64,000 bases of DNA from Bacteroidia bacterium (GCA_965279035.1 OZ257142.1:1728001-1792000), one strand, 5' to 3'. Shown: positions 30,412 through 40,603, counted from the stretch's first letter. The notes: generated by a model from the sequence alone, not told the origin. Numbers and translations are program-made.

Positions 30412-31170
30412 TTGAAATCTGCCCTTATTCAACTAATTCTTCCGCTTGTTTTGTTGTGTCTTGGATGCAAAAAAGAAGATGCGATAGACCCAATTCCTAC
30501 TCCAGTTCCTACCACTGGAACAGCTTCATTTCATGTTCAAAATAAAGTAGGCAATGATGCGCTGTCTTTAGGTTTGATGCACTATGTGAATGCGAATGGA
30601 GATTCTTTTCAAGTTGATTTGTTGAAATATTATATCAGTCATTTCGAATGGTTGCGCGCAGATGGAACTTCCTTTCATTCTGAAAATTATCAGCTAATCA
30701 ACCAATCAAATCCATCCAGCCTCGATTTTAATTTGAGCAATATTCCAAATGGGACTTATACTGGTTTGCGATTTTATTTAGGAGTTGATTCTTTGAGTAA
30801 TCACACCTTAACGAATAATGATGCTTTAGACGCTTCTTCGGGAATGATTTGGAGTTGGAATACTGGCTATATTTTCTTCAAACACGAAGGTAAGTATGTT
30901 GATTCCAATCATGTTCATCAACCACTCCTTTATCACTATGGAACCGATCGTGGATACGCTACCGTAAATCTACCACTCGATCATTTAATTATCAATTCAG
31001 ATACACGTTCCTTGAATCTTCAATTTGATTTAGCCCAATTATATAGCAATCCCAATCTCATCGACTTTTCTATCTGGAACAACAATCAATCGCTTACAAC
31101 ACAAGAATATCCTTGGATTGATGCAATGAAGCAGAATTTTTCTCAAAGTTTTTCAGTCAGTATTCAATGA
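30412..31170 (+). CDS. mbnP: MbnP-family copper-binding lipoprotein
   Basis: Lipobox LGC; LKYYIS, LGVD, MIWSWNTGYIFFKHEG (WxW motif), YHYG; adjacent di-heme enzyme. Confidence 0.82.
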   Translation: MKSALIQLILPLVLLCLGCKKEDAIDPIPTPVPTTGTASFHVQNKVGNDALSLGLMHYVNANGDSFQVDLLKYYISHFEWLRADGTSFHSENYQLINQSNPSSLDFNLSNIPNGTYTGLRFYLGVDSLSNHTLTNNDALDASSGMIWSWNTGYIFFKHEGKYVDSNHVHQPLLYHYGTDRGYATVNLPLDHLIINSDTRSLNLQFDLAQLYSNPNLIDFSIWNNNQSLTTQEYPWIDAMKQNFSQSFSVSIQ

Positions 31171-32240
31171 TGAAGTCGCCTGCGATCCTGAAAAGCGTAT
31201 TGACTTTAACCTTGTTCGGTTTGATCCTATTTCAAGCATGTACCAAGGACGAAACTGCCATTTCGATCAATGATACGTTTTCGCCTACACCATACACGAT
31301 TGTAGTTCCTCAAGGACTTCCTGCAATGCAGATTCCCGCCGATAATCCAATGACTGTCGAAGGAATTGCTTTAGGTAAAAAGCTGTTTTATGATCCCATT
31401 TTATCGGCCGATAATTCCATTTCGTGCAGCTCATGTCATTTGCAAGCATTTGGTTTTACCGATAGTCTTCGCCGTTTTAGCAAAGGCATTGACCACATCG
31501 AAGGAACCCGAAATTCGATGCCTTTGATTAATCTTGGCTGGGAACGGAATTTCTTTTGGGATGGCGGTGCGAGTAATTTAGAATCGCAGGTTGCTGGTCC
31601 AATTACCAACCCAATCGAAATGCACGAAACATTGGCAAATGCTGTGTCTAAGCTCAACGCACATCCCCAATATCCTGCATTATTCAAAAAAGCCTTTGGT
31701 TCCGAAATCGTTTCAACTGCGAATCTCATGAAGGCTATTGCTCAGTTTGAACGTACATTGATATCAGGAAACTCGCGTTTCGATAAATACATGCAACAAG
31801 GTGTTCCTTTAAGCGAACAGGAAATTCGTGGAATGGAAGTATTCATCAGCTTCTTTAAAGGCGATTGTGTGCATTGTCACGTAATGGGCAGCACCTTTAC
31901 CGATCATGAATTTCGAAACAATGGACTCGATTCCGTATCGGTCGATTTAGGTCGTGGACGCATCACCCTCAATCCTTCCGACAATGGGAAATTTAAAACT
32001 CCCGGATTACGCAATATTGCTGTTACCGCTCCTTATATGCACGATGGGCGTTTCACTACTTTAGAAGAAGTAATCAACCACTATAACAACGGAATTCAAC
32101 CACATCCGAATCTCGATCCTCGTTTGGTTGGTGTTCAGAATGGACGCATGAGCGATCAAGATGTAGAAGACATCATAGCCTTTTTACATACGCTTACCGA
32201 CGAGGAATTTTTAACCAATCCAGCATTTCAAAAACCATGA
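31167..32240 (+). CDS. mbnH: MbnH-like di-heme cytochrome c peroxidase-family protein
   Basis: CSSCH and CVHCH heme motifs, LGKKLFYD, FWDG, FKTP.LRN...APYMHDG. Confidence 0.85.
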   Translation: MMKSPAILKSVLTLTLFGLILFQACTKDETAISINDTFSPTPYTIVVPQGLPAMQIPADNPMTVEGIALGKKLFYDPILSADNSISCSSCHLQAFGFTDSLRRFSKGIDHIEGTRNSMPLINLGWERNFFWDGGASNLESQVAGPITNPIEMHETLANAVSKLNAHPQYPALFKKAFGSEIVSTANLMKAIAQFERTLISGNSRFDKYMQQGVPLSEQEIRGMEVFISFFKGDCVHCHVMGSTFTDHEFRNNGLDSVSVDLGRGRITLNPSDNGKFKTPGLRNIAVTAPYMHDGRFTTLEEVINHYNNGIQPHPNLDPRLVGVQNGRMSDQDVEDIIAFLHTLTDEEFLTNPAFQKP

Positions 32241-32581
32241 AGACGAAACGATTCTTTTCTTGTATATCACTCTTGATTTTTGTAGCGTGTAATGGTGTTT
32301 CAACGCCACCATCAGCTAAAACAGCCGAGTTTAAAGTATGGGGAAATTGCGGTATGTGTAAAAAGACCATCGAAACGTCTTTGAAAGACAAACCGGGCGT
32401 CCTCAAAGCCGATTGGAATGTAAAAACCAAACAAATGTCGGTTCAGTTCGATACACTCCGAATTTCCTTGAAAGACATTCAACAAACCATTGCAATGGCA
32501 GGTTACGATAACGATGCATTTAAAGGCGATTCGGCTGCGTATGCAGGTTTGCATGAATGCTGTCAATACACCCGAAAATAA
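32237..32581 (+). CDS. Heavy-metal-associated (CopZ/MerP-like) lipoprotein
   Basis: GNCGMCKK metal motif; C-terminal LHECCQY; lipobox FVAC. Confidence 0.9.
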   Translation: MKTKRFFSCISLLIFVACNGVSTPPSAKTAEFKVWGNCGMCKKTIETSLKDKPGVLKADWNVKTKQMSVQFDTLRISLKDIQQTIAMAGYDNDAFKGDSAAYAGLHECCQYTRK

Positions 32582-32635
32582 TTTTTGAATGCTGTAATAG
32601 TTTTTTCCCTTGAGCTACTAAATAGAAAAAAGCTC

Positions 32636-32896
32636 ATGGAAGAGACAATCAAAACCCAAAATGCATCGCCCATTTTTAACCGAATGGCTTATGGTTTATT
32701 TATTTTATTAGGAATTTACTTCGCATTATTCTCGAAAGATTATCCTTCGGCATTAAGTAATTTCGGTATTGCACTCGTATTCGATCCATTCGACCAAACA
32801 ATAAAATTTCCCGATCGACCGCTATATCAAAAGGTCTGGCTCATTACCCACGCAAGCTTAGCATTGGTAGGTTTTATCTTGATGTTGGTACTTTAG
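32636..32896 (+). CDS. Small membrane protein
   Basis: Three hydrophobic segments, GIALVFDPFDQ. Confidence 0.7.
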   Translation: MEETIKTQNASPIFNRMAYGLFILLGIYFALFSKDYPSALSNFGIALVFDPFDQTIKFPDRPLYQKVWLITHASLALVGFILMLVL

Positions 32897-33004
32897 GGCC
32901 TGCCCTTGTTTGCCTTCGCAATTGCCTCGCACACAAGGTCGCGTCTTCGCCTCATAGTCCTCGTCCTTCGTCCTGCGGGCTAGTTCCGGCTCAACCGCTC
33001 AGGC
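32897..33004. repeat. GC-rich multi-hairpin intergenic element
   Basis: GCCTG...CAGGC closing stem, CCTTGT/ACAAGG and TAGTCC/GGGCTA inner stems, between convergent genes. Confidence 0.5.
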
Positions 33005-34651
33005 TTCAGCCCAATTGCTGGTAAATCGAAATGTGCTTCCATCAAATAAACCTTTGTCACTCAGTTTTAATTGTGGAATTACTAGCAATGCCATAAACGA
33101 TAAGGTCATGTAGGGTGCACGAAGCTTACTTTCTAGTTTTTCTTTCACAAACGTATCCAAATGAATGTAGCGTTTGGCTACTTCCCAACCATCATCATTA
33201 CTCATCAATCCTGCAACAGGCAAGGCAAGTAGATGATCTTCCTCTTTGTCAACAGCACATAATCCACCTTTGCTAATCATAAGTAGATTAATTGCTCGTA
33301 AAATTTCTTCGTCGCTGCATCCTGTAGCAATAATGTTGTGACTATCATGCGCCACCGTCGAAGCAATTGCTCCTTTCTTCAATCCAAAATTTCGAATAAA
33401 CGAAATTGCTGGCGGAGCATCCTGATAGCGATTTACTACCACGAGTTTCAACACATCCTGATCGGGCTGACTCAAGCAATTTCCTTGTTCATTTACCCGA
33501 GCAGGTATATGAAGTTCGCGGGTAATCAATTGTCCTTCGAGTGCTTCTATTACACGCAAATTTCCATCTTGAACTGGAAGATACAGTTCTTCCAATGTCA
33601 CTTCTCGACTATGAAACCGATTTTCGGGACGTTCTTCCTGATGATGAATGTTTGTTTTTCCATTCTCCGCAACTTTTTCACCTCGAATCCAAGTACCTCG
33701 AATATTAAAATGTTCGAGATTATCAATCTCAATAAAATCGGCCGAATCGCCCACTTGGAGCATACCAACAGGTAAATTATAATGCAGTTTCACATTGTAC
33801 GAAGCTGCACTCAATACATCAAATAGATTGTAACCCAATGCCAGCGCACGTTTCACTTGAACATTGATATGACCTTCGAGCAAATTATCCGGGTGTTTAT
33901 CATCGCTACACAACATCACTTTTTGCGGATGAGAAGCGAGTAGGGGATGCAAAGCCTCAAAATTCCGAGCAGCACTGCCTTCCCGAATTTGAATAAACAT
34001 TCCCGCTTTGATTTTATCCAATGCTTCTTCCAATGTGAAACATTCATGATCTGTTGTAATACCTGCTGATGCATACCGAATGGCTTCCTCACCGCGCAAT
34101 CCGGGAGCATGTCCATCAATGGGTTTATTATGCCGTTTGGCTGCTTCTATTTTGGCAATCATATCAGGATCACCTGCGAGAACACCAGGGTAATTCATCA
34201 CTTCCGCCAGGTACCAAATATCTTTTTTCCCTAATAAATAATCTACACCTTGAGGATCTATCGCATCTCCAGCCGTTTCGAAAACCGTTGCTGGAACACA
34301 AGAGGGCGCCCCAAAAAAGAAATGAAAAGGAACTTTAGCAGCATTGCGCAGCATGTATTCTACTCCAAAAACACCTAATACATTGGCTATCTCATGCGGA
34401 TCCGAAATCGTTCCTACCATGCCATGCACAACGGCCATCCGTGCAAATTCCGAAGGAATCAACAAACTACTTTCAACATGAACATGCGCATCAATAAATC
34501 CGGGAAGTATGAACGTCGTGCATTCAACTTCATTTGCTGGTTCAATGGATTGAATGATTCCATTTTCAACAACAAGGGTAGATGCCGAAATACTTCGACT
34601 GAGCAAATCAATTCGGCGAGCTGTAATGCGAAAGCTATGGGTGTTTTGCAT
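32999..34651 (-). CDS. ade: Adenine deaminase
   Basis: PGFIDAHVHVESS, DPHEIANV, DGHAPG, TDHE, IREGSAA, SDD, AHDSHN. Confidence 0.96.
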   Translation of the reverse strand: MQNTHSFRITARRIDLLSRSISASTLVVENGIIQSIEPANEVECTTFILPGFIDAHVHVESSLLIPSEFARMAVVHGMVGTISDPHEIANVLGVFGVEYMLRNAAKVPFHFFFGAPSCVPATVFETAGDAIDPQGVDYLLGKKDIWYLAEVMNYPGVLAGDPDMIAKIEAAKRHNKPIDGHAPGLRGEEAIRYASAGITTDHECFTLEEALDKIKAGMFIQIREGSAARNFEALHPLLASHPQKVMLCSDDKHPDNLLEGHINVQVKRALALGYNLFDVLSAASYNVKLHYNLPVGMLQVGDSADFIEIDNLEHFNIRGTWIRGEKVAENGKTNIHHQEERPENRFHSREVTLEELYLPVQDGNLRVIEALEGQLITRELHIPARVNEQGNCLSQPDQDVLKLVVVNRYQDAPPAISFIRNFGLKKGAIASTVAHDSHNIIATGCSDEEILRAINLLMISKGGLCAVDKEEDHLLALPVAGLMSNDDGWEVAKRYIHLDTFVKEKLESKLRAPYMTLSFMALLVIPQLKLSDKGLFDGSTFRFTSNWAEA

Positions 34652-34904
34652 GATCCAAACCTAACACCTTCAACGCAGATTTATTTCATCTTTTAATGAA
34701 TCTTTTCATTTAGATAACATTAAAATTTTCGGTTTCATTTTACGCTTAATACGTTTGAATTTTAGGGATGAAATTCAAGCCAGTGAACGAATCCAAGATT
34801 CAATACTCGAATTAGTACGTAAGATGATCTATAGATTAACTTAAACAGGAGTAGTTCATTCAAAAAGAAGAAGTAATTTCCCCCTAAATTTCTAACTATC
34901 TCTC

Positions 34905-37589
34905 ATGAAGTACTTTACTTTCCTTAACAAAGGTCTTCTCACCTTAGCTGCTTTCCTAACCGGCGCTATGGCTTTGCAGGCACAAACCGGTTTAACGGTC
35001 AATGTTGTTGACTCTAACTTGGTATCTTGTCAGGATGATGCTTTTGCATCTATTACTATTAGTGGTGGAGTTGGTCCATACACTGCCTATTGGTTAAGAT
35101 ATACAGATGGTGTAAATCCACCTTCTGGTGGTGGTTTGCAAATAGATACAGTTGCTATTGGTACTAGTGCCGATAGTCTTGCTCCCGGCTATTACCAAAT
35201 TCATACATACGACTCATCTACACCAACCCAATTGATTGGTTATACAGGTGTTTATATCCAAGGCTCATTTCAAATCAATCAAACCATTACTCCTGCAACG
35301 TGTACCAATGCCGATGGGAAAATTAAAATAACCATTGTCAACACAGTTGGTCCATACGATTTTGAATGGAGTACAGGTGTTCAACATTACGGATTAACAA
35401 ATAATTCCGATTCTGTGATGAACGTCGCTGCTGGAAATTATTCCTGCATTGTTACTGATGGTAATGGATGTTTTGTAAATGGTGGTGGCGGTGCTGGAAC
35501 TGCACCTCAATCAGGATTTTATGTGTATTCTAATTCACCTATTGTCGCTACAGGAACTGCAACTCCTTCGAATTGCTTCGATGGAACGGCTACTGTAACA
35601 GCAGCAAGTGGAACTGCACCTTATTCTTATGTTTGGAATACTGTTCCTGCTCAGTTTGGCGCAACGGCTACTGGATTATCTCCCGGTTATGTGATTTGTA
35701 CAGTTACTGATGCTGTTGGTTGTACTCGTCAGCAATACGTAACAGTTCCTGCTGGTCCAAATTATCTTCAAGCAACTAGCAATATTACTCAATCAGTTTG
35801 TGGTGGTTCGCCAGGATCAATCGACTTGACTGTAACAGGCGGTGTTGCTCCATACACATATATTTGGTCAAATGGAAGCACAGCACAAGATCAAACAGGC
35901 TTAGCTTCAGGAAGTTATTCTGTGATGATTGAAGATGCTCAAGGTTGTGCTCTTACTGCATACAAGTATGTTGCTGAGTATTCACCGGTGCATGCCAATA
36001 TTTCTTCTTCATATCCCGATTGCACTCCCAATAACGGTTCTGCAAGTGTGAATGTAACTGGTGGAACTGGTCCTTATACGTATGTATGGTCTCCTGGAGG
36101 AGCTTCTACTTCAACAATTAATGGCTTGAGCTCTGGGTACTATTACGTATTAGCTACTGACGCAAATGGTTGTAGCGATTATGATTATGCAAATTTGCAA
36201 TTACCACAATCGTGTAGAGTTCATATCCGTGGTCGCATTTTTAATGATCTCAATGGGAATTGTACTCAAGATCCGAATGAGGGAGTATTATCGAATGTAA
36301 TTGTCAATGCAACTCCAGGTTATCATTATGGAAGTACCGACAATAATGGGTATTACGATATAGAAACCGATCCAGGTGTTTATGATTTAACTGCTTATGC
36401 ACCTAATAACTGGACTCAAGTATGTCCATCGGCTCCCATGACCATCAATGTAGATGCTTCTACTGCAGGATCTATATACGGAAGCAACAATTTCTACATG
36501 CAGCCAGATTCAATTTTCAACGATTTGCAAGTGTATTTGTATTCAGGTCCAGCTCGTCCGGGATTTCCTTTAGCTTGGTATGCAAATGTGCGTAATGCAG
36601 GAACAACAACACTTACAACTGGTTTAGATGTTCAACACGATGCACTTGCTACTTATAGTAGTGCTTCTCCTGCAGTAGGAGGATATAATGCAGCAACACA
36701 TACTGCTTCTTGGAGTTTATCGCCTTTAAGTCCTCAAACCAATGTAAATTATTACCTCTACACAACACTTTCAACAGCAGCTGTTATTGGTGATTCAATT
36801 CATGGAACTGCTTCTTTAACCTATGCTGGCTCGGATGTGAATCCTGCAAACAATACCAGCCAATTCGCACGTTTGATTACTGGTTCATACGATCCAAACG
36901 ACAAATCAGTTGAGCCACGTGGATTAGGAGAAGAAGGCAAAATCTTTTTCCAAGACAGCATTCTTCATTATTCAATTCGTTTCCAAAATACAGGAAACGA
37001 CACAGCATTTACTGTAATTGTTCGCGACACATTAGATGCTGCGCTTGATGTACCTAGTTTCCGTTTCGAAGGAAGCAGCCATCCAATGACCTATTCGGTT
37101 AGTGGTGAAGGGGTTGTTACTTTTACGTTTAATCACATTATGTTGCCCGATAGTTTTGTGAATGAAGCAGCAAGTCATGGTGTTTTGAGTTATTCTATCA
37201 AACGTAAAATGGATATCGCTTTCGGCACCGAAATCAACAATACAGGATATATCTATTTCGATTTCAATCCTCCTGTTATGACCAATACAACACGTAATAC
37301 CTTGTTTGATCCAACGGTTGGTATCGAAAATTTAAGTGGTTTAAATTTCTCTTTAAGTCCAAATCCTGCTATCGAACGAAGTCGTGTTTTACTTCAATTG
37401 GATCGCCCAGCTGATGTTCAATATTCTATCCTTGATTTGTCAGGACGTATGATACAAAATCGCAAAATGGGTAAATTAGGAGCAGGTGATCATCAATGGC
37501 AAGTGGAATCATTACCATCGGGTGCTTACTTAATTCGCATTCAAGCGGGCAATGTAATGCAAACTAAACGCTTGGTTATTACACGATAA
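34905..37589 (+). CDS. T9SS-secreted protein with SprB-like repeats and DUF7619-like domain
   Basis: Repeated GG..PY.Y.W...GL..G.Y....D..GC; GSYDPNDK, FQNTGNDTA, IYFDFNPP; C-terminal PNPA...GAYLIRI. Confidence 0.88.
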   Translation: MKYFTFLNKGLLTLAAFLTGAMALQAQTGLTVNVVDSNLVSCQDDAFASITISGGVGPYTAYWLRYTDGVNPPSGGGLQIDTVAIGTSADSLAPGYYQIHTYDSSTPTQLIGYTGVYIQGSFQINQTITPATCTNADGKIKITIVNTVGPYDFEWSTGVQHYGLTNNSDSVMNVAAGNYSCIVTDGNGCFVNGGGGAGTAPQSGFYVYSNSPIVATGTATPSNCFDGTATVTAASGTAPYSYVWNTVPAQFGATATGLSPGYVICTVTDAVGCTRQQYVTVPAGPNYLQATSNITQSVCGGSPGSIDLTVTGGVAPYTYIWSNGSTAQDQTGLASGSYSVMIEDAQGCALTAYKYVAEYSPVHANISSSYPDCTPNNGSASVNVTGGTGPYTYVWSPGGASTSTINGLSSGYYYVLATDANGCSDYDYANLQLPQSCRVHIRGRIFNDLNGNCTQDPNEGVLSNVIVNATPGYHYGSTDNNGYYDIETDPGVYDLTAYAPNNWTQVCPSAPMTINVDASTAGSIYGSNNFYMQPDSIFNDLQVYLYSGPARPGFPLAWYANVRNAGTTTLTTGLDVQHDALATYSSASPAVGGYNAATHTASWSLSPLSPQTNVNYYLYTTLSTAAVIGDSIHGTASLTYAGSDVNPANNTSQFARLITGSYDPNDKSVEPRGLGEEGKIFFQDSILHYSIRFQNTGNDTAFTVIVRDTLDAALDVPSFRFEGSSHPMTYSVSGEGVVTFTFNHIMLPDSFVNEAASHGVLSYSIKRKMDIAFGTEINNTGYIYFDFNPPVMTNTTRNTLFDPTVGIENLSGLNFSLSPNPAIERSRVLLQLDRPADVQYSILDLSGRMIQNRKMGKLGAGDHQWQVESLPSGAYLIRIQAGNVMQTKRLVITR

Positions 37590-37607
37590 GAAATTTTCTA
37601 TACATTG

Positions 37608-37645
37608 AAAGCGCCCATCTAAGTGTTAGGTGGGCGCTTTTTTTT
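37608..37645 (+). terminator. Intrinsic terminator
   Basis: AAAGCGCCCA...TGGGCGCTTT stem followed by a T-tract. Confidence 0.85.
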
Positions 37646-37719
37646 CAACAATTCAATCGATTTTTCGTTAAGAAATCTGAATTTTGATTTCCTCTTAAAG
37701 GCTTAATGTATCTTGCGCT

Positions 37720-38919
37720 GTGTTTTGTTCACCTTCCGATCGCATCGAAACTGCTACTGAACTTCAGATAGACTGGCTCGATTCCCCTTTAAATTTCGAT
37801 AAAGTAAGCTGGAATTGCGGATTTTATTTTCGCGAGGGATATATCCGTGCACTCATCGATGGTTCAGGAAACAGAGGACACTTTTTATTTTCTCGCATCT
37901 ACCAAAAGGGTGAATTGATAGCCATTGCCTGTTTTCAAGAATTGGTTTTATATCGTGATGAACTCGATGAATTGGGACGACTTTTCTCATCCGACAGTAA
38001 ACTTGCGCTCAAAGCAGAATCATTTGTTAAATCGGTTGTCAATCTTGGAAGAGGAAAGAAAGGCATTCGAATCCTTATTGCTGGCAATTGTCAAGTCACG
38101 GGACCTTATGGAATCTGCTTTTCTCCAAAATTGGAAGATGCCGAAAAGTCAGATTGCATAACAGCGCTTCTTCGTTCTGCCGAAAGCACATACGGACCTT
38201 TTTCAATCACCTTAGTCAAAGATTTTCTTCCCGAACACGAATCAATTATTGAATCAATTCGTCCTGAAGGTTTTAGACGAATTCCAACTTTACCTGTGAT
38301 GCGGTTTTACCTCGACAAGAAATGGAAAACCTACGATGATTATTTGAATGCTATGGCTTCTAAATATCGCATTAGAGCTAAAGCGGCACGAAAAAAAGGA
38401 GTTCTACTTGAACGACAAAATTGGGATATTGATCAAATTCAAAATCATTTAGCTGAAATCGATGTGCTCTATCGAAATGTGTTTGAGAAAGCACGTTTTC
38501 GCTTGTTTCGTGTTGAACCCAATTATTTCATTTCACTCAAATCTTCCTTCAAAGAAAAATTCATATTCAAAGCGTATTTGCTAGATGGAAAATTGGTCGG
38601 TTTTAGTACATTTTTAATCGACGAAAAGCAAAGTGATGCTCATTTGATTGGACTTGATTATTCAGCTAATAAGCATTATTCGCTTTATCAAAATATGCTT
38701 TATAATTATGTCGAATCTGGAATTGATGCTCAAGCAAATTGCATTGATTTTGGTAGGACAGCTATGGAAATAAAAAGTACAATAGGAGCAATTCCTGAGT
38801 CAAGTCCTGTGGTTGTAAAAATGCGAAATCACTTTTTAAATGGTATTGCTTGCATGTTAGTAGAGAATTCGGCACCAACACCTTGGATTCAACGTCACCC
38901 ATTTCGGGAGGAAGAATAG
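37720..38919 (+). CDS. GNAT/FemAB-like acyltransferase-fold protein
   Basis: W.TYDDYL.AM.SKYR, GLDY, DFGRTAMEIKS.IGA. Confidence 0.7.
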   Translation: MFCSPSDRIETATELQIDWLDSPLNFDKVSWNCGFYFREGYIRALIDGSGNRGHFLFSRIYQKGELIAIACFQELVLYRDELDELGRLFSSDSKLALKAESFVKSVVNLGRGKKGIRILIAGNCQVTGPYGICFSPKLEDAEKSDCITALLRSAESTYGPFSITLVKDFLPEHESIIESIRPEGFRRIPTLPVMRFYLDKKWKTYDDYLNAMASKYRIRAKAARKKGVLLERQNWDIDQIQNHLAEIDVLYRNVFEKARFRLFRVEPNYFISLKSSFKEKFIFKAYLLDGKLVGFSTFLIDEKQSDAHLIGLDYSANKHYSLYQNMLYNYVESGIDAQANCIDFGRTAMEIKSTIGAIPESSPVVVKMRNHFLNGIACMLVENSAPTPWIQRHPFREEE

Positions 38920-38938
38920 AGAATTATTAATTACGAAT

Positions 38939-40333
38939 CAGTACTGTCCGGTTAAAATTGAGATTGCATGATTTACCTTCTGTAGTTGCAGTAAATGCGG
39001 GTGTTGATGGTATTTATTTAAAATAAAGCCCCCTATGGAGGGAACAATGGCAGTTGAAAGGATTTAATTTGATTTCTAATTAGCGATTTTTCAGGATTGA
39101 TGAGGAATTCAAAAAGGTTGATATAGGTCATCAAATGTAGCCTGACCATGGCTGCAAGATTTGAAAACGACCAGTTTTTACCAGCTCTTGCTTTGACAAT
39201 TTTTAAGACAAGGTCAGCGATCAGGGCACACCAGATTTGGATTTTGATCGCATTTTCGCTCTCTCCAAGGAAGCTTTGCATCGGATAGTTCTGTTTGATA
39301 CGCTTAAATAGCGATTCGATCTGCCAACGATTTTTATAAAACAGTGCGATTGAGGAGGGTTTGAATTGATTGTTATTGGTTATGAATTCAAATATCCTCT
39401 TCGATTTTTTGTCCTCATATTTTATAAGACGTGCCTTCACTCGTGTATTGTTATTGTGCTTGGTGTGGCCCATTTCTATAATCTGGTCGAGCAAAATTCC
39501 GTTCTGCTTTTCCTTGTCTGAAATTTTCTTTTCCCGCAGGACTTTGATCACGGTGTTGTTTCGTAATCGGGTCACCCATGTGACATTTTCTTCCGAGAAA
39601 CGGTTGTATTGCTTGTAATCATTATAACCACGATCAAACACCACAATGGACCCACGTTGCAGGTGTATGTTCTGCAGAAATGGGCTGTCGGCTCCAGCTC
39701 CAGCAGAGAACCTTATCAAGCAAGGCACGTCTTGATCACTCCTCATTAAAGTATGCACCTTAATACCGCCTTTGCGCTTACCATCGGCGGGATTACGACC
39801 GGCATTTTTCAAAACTTCCTGAAACAACTGAATCGTTGTCGAGTCAACAATATAAAGCCGGGATGCGATTTTACTTCGGCTGTCCGGTAAAAAATGCTTG
39901 TATCGGTCATAAAGCCAGTAGTAAATATCTTCAAAGACATCGGCTGGTCGACTGGTATTTGCATCTGAAATCGTGCTCCTTCTGGGAAAGTAGTTGATTC
40001 CTAAATGCTGTATCCTGCCTTCCCAGGCAAGTAGGCCTGAGGTCACTTCTCGGATACCTGTACACCGATTAAAGATTGCGTAAAGCATCGTTACTAGGTG
40101 CGTATAAGTCCTGAAGTTCTTATAATACCTATCAGCGTTATGCTCATCAGCTATGTCCTTTACTTTCGTCTGAGGCAGATAAGAAAGGAGTTGACTGTAA
40201 ATCGGCTGTCCGGTAAAATATTTACTTTTACTCATGATTATTTTGGTGTGTCGTAACTCAAAAATAATCACAAAAGGAGTGATCGAAATGGTCGCTCCTT
40301 TTTTCTGATTTAAACTTTAACCGGACAGTACTG
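38939..40333 (-). mobile_element. IS4-family insertion sequence
   Basis: 18-bp perfect IR CAGTACTGTCCGGTTAAA (38939) / TTTAACCGGACAGTACTG (ends 40333); 9-bp TSD ATTACGAAT. Confidence 0.95.
39033..40235 (-). CDS. IS4-family DDE transposase (DUF4372 N-domain)
   Basis: VDSTTI, KVH, FDRGY, YKNRWQIESLFK.IKQ. Confidence 0.95.
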   Translation of the reverse strand: MSKSKYFTGQPIYSQLLSYLPQTKVKDIADEHNADRYYKNFRTYTHLVTMLYAIFNRCTGIREVTSGLLAWEGRIQHLGINYFPRRSTISDANTSRPADVFEDIYYWLYDRYKHFLPDSRSKIASRLYIVDSTTIQLFQEVLKNAGRNPADGKRKGGIKVHTLMRSDQDVPCLIRFSAGAGADSPFLQNIHLQRGSIVVFDRGYNDYKQYNRFSEENVTWVTRLRNNTVIKVLREKKISDKEKQNGILLDQIIEMGHTKHNNNTRVKARLIKYEDKKSKRIFEFITNNNQFKPSSIALFYKNRWQIESLFKRIKQNYPMQSFLGESENAIKIQIWCALIADLVLKIVKARAGKNWSFSNLAAMVRLHLMTYINLFEFLINPEKSLIRNQIKSFQLPLFPP

Positions 40334-40406
40334 ATTACGAATTATCAATTACGAGTTACGGATTACCATATACGATTAACCATATACGATTAACGATTTG
40401 CGAATT
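40334..40406. repeat. Degenerate heptamer tandem array (ATTACGA-like), continuing on the other side of the IS (38920-38938)
   Basis: attacga attatca attacga gttacgg attacca tatacga ttaacca tatacga ttaacga tttgcga. Confidence 0.75.
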
Positions 40407-40603
40407 GACCATGCTTTATAAATCAAAATATTTCTTTTATTGAGAAATAGTTATTGTTTTCTTACATAAATACTATATTGATGTTTAGGCTTTTATTTGA
40501 TGCGAATGATAATGCATTTGCAGTAAACTAAAGGCAGTTTTATAGGATATGTCAATTTAGTTTGGCATTTAAGCGAGTATATAGAATTGAAATAGGTTTT
40601 TGT

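Noticed and set aside
30412-32240. Methanobactin biosynthetic cluster
   Set aside because: No mbnA/B/C-like genes; MbnPH pairs occur widely without methanobactin
37608-37645. Same AAAGCGCCCA/TGGGCGCTTT stem as the 63571-63602 hairpin
   Set aside because: Only 10 bp shared with different loops; adequately explained as ordinary terminators
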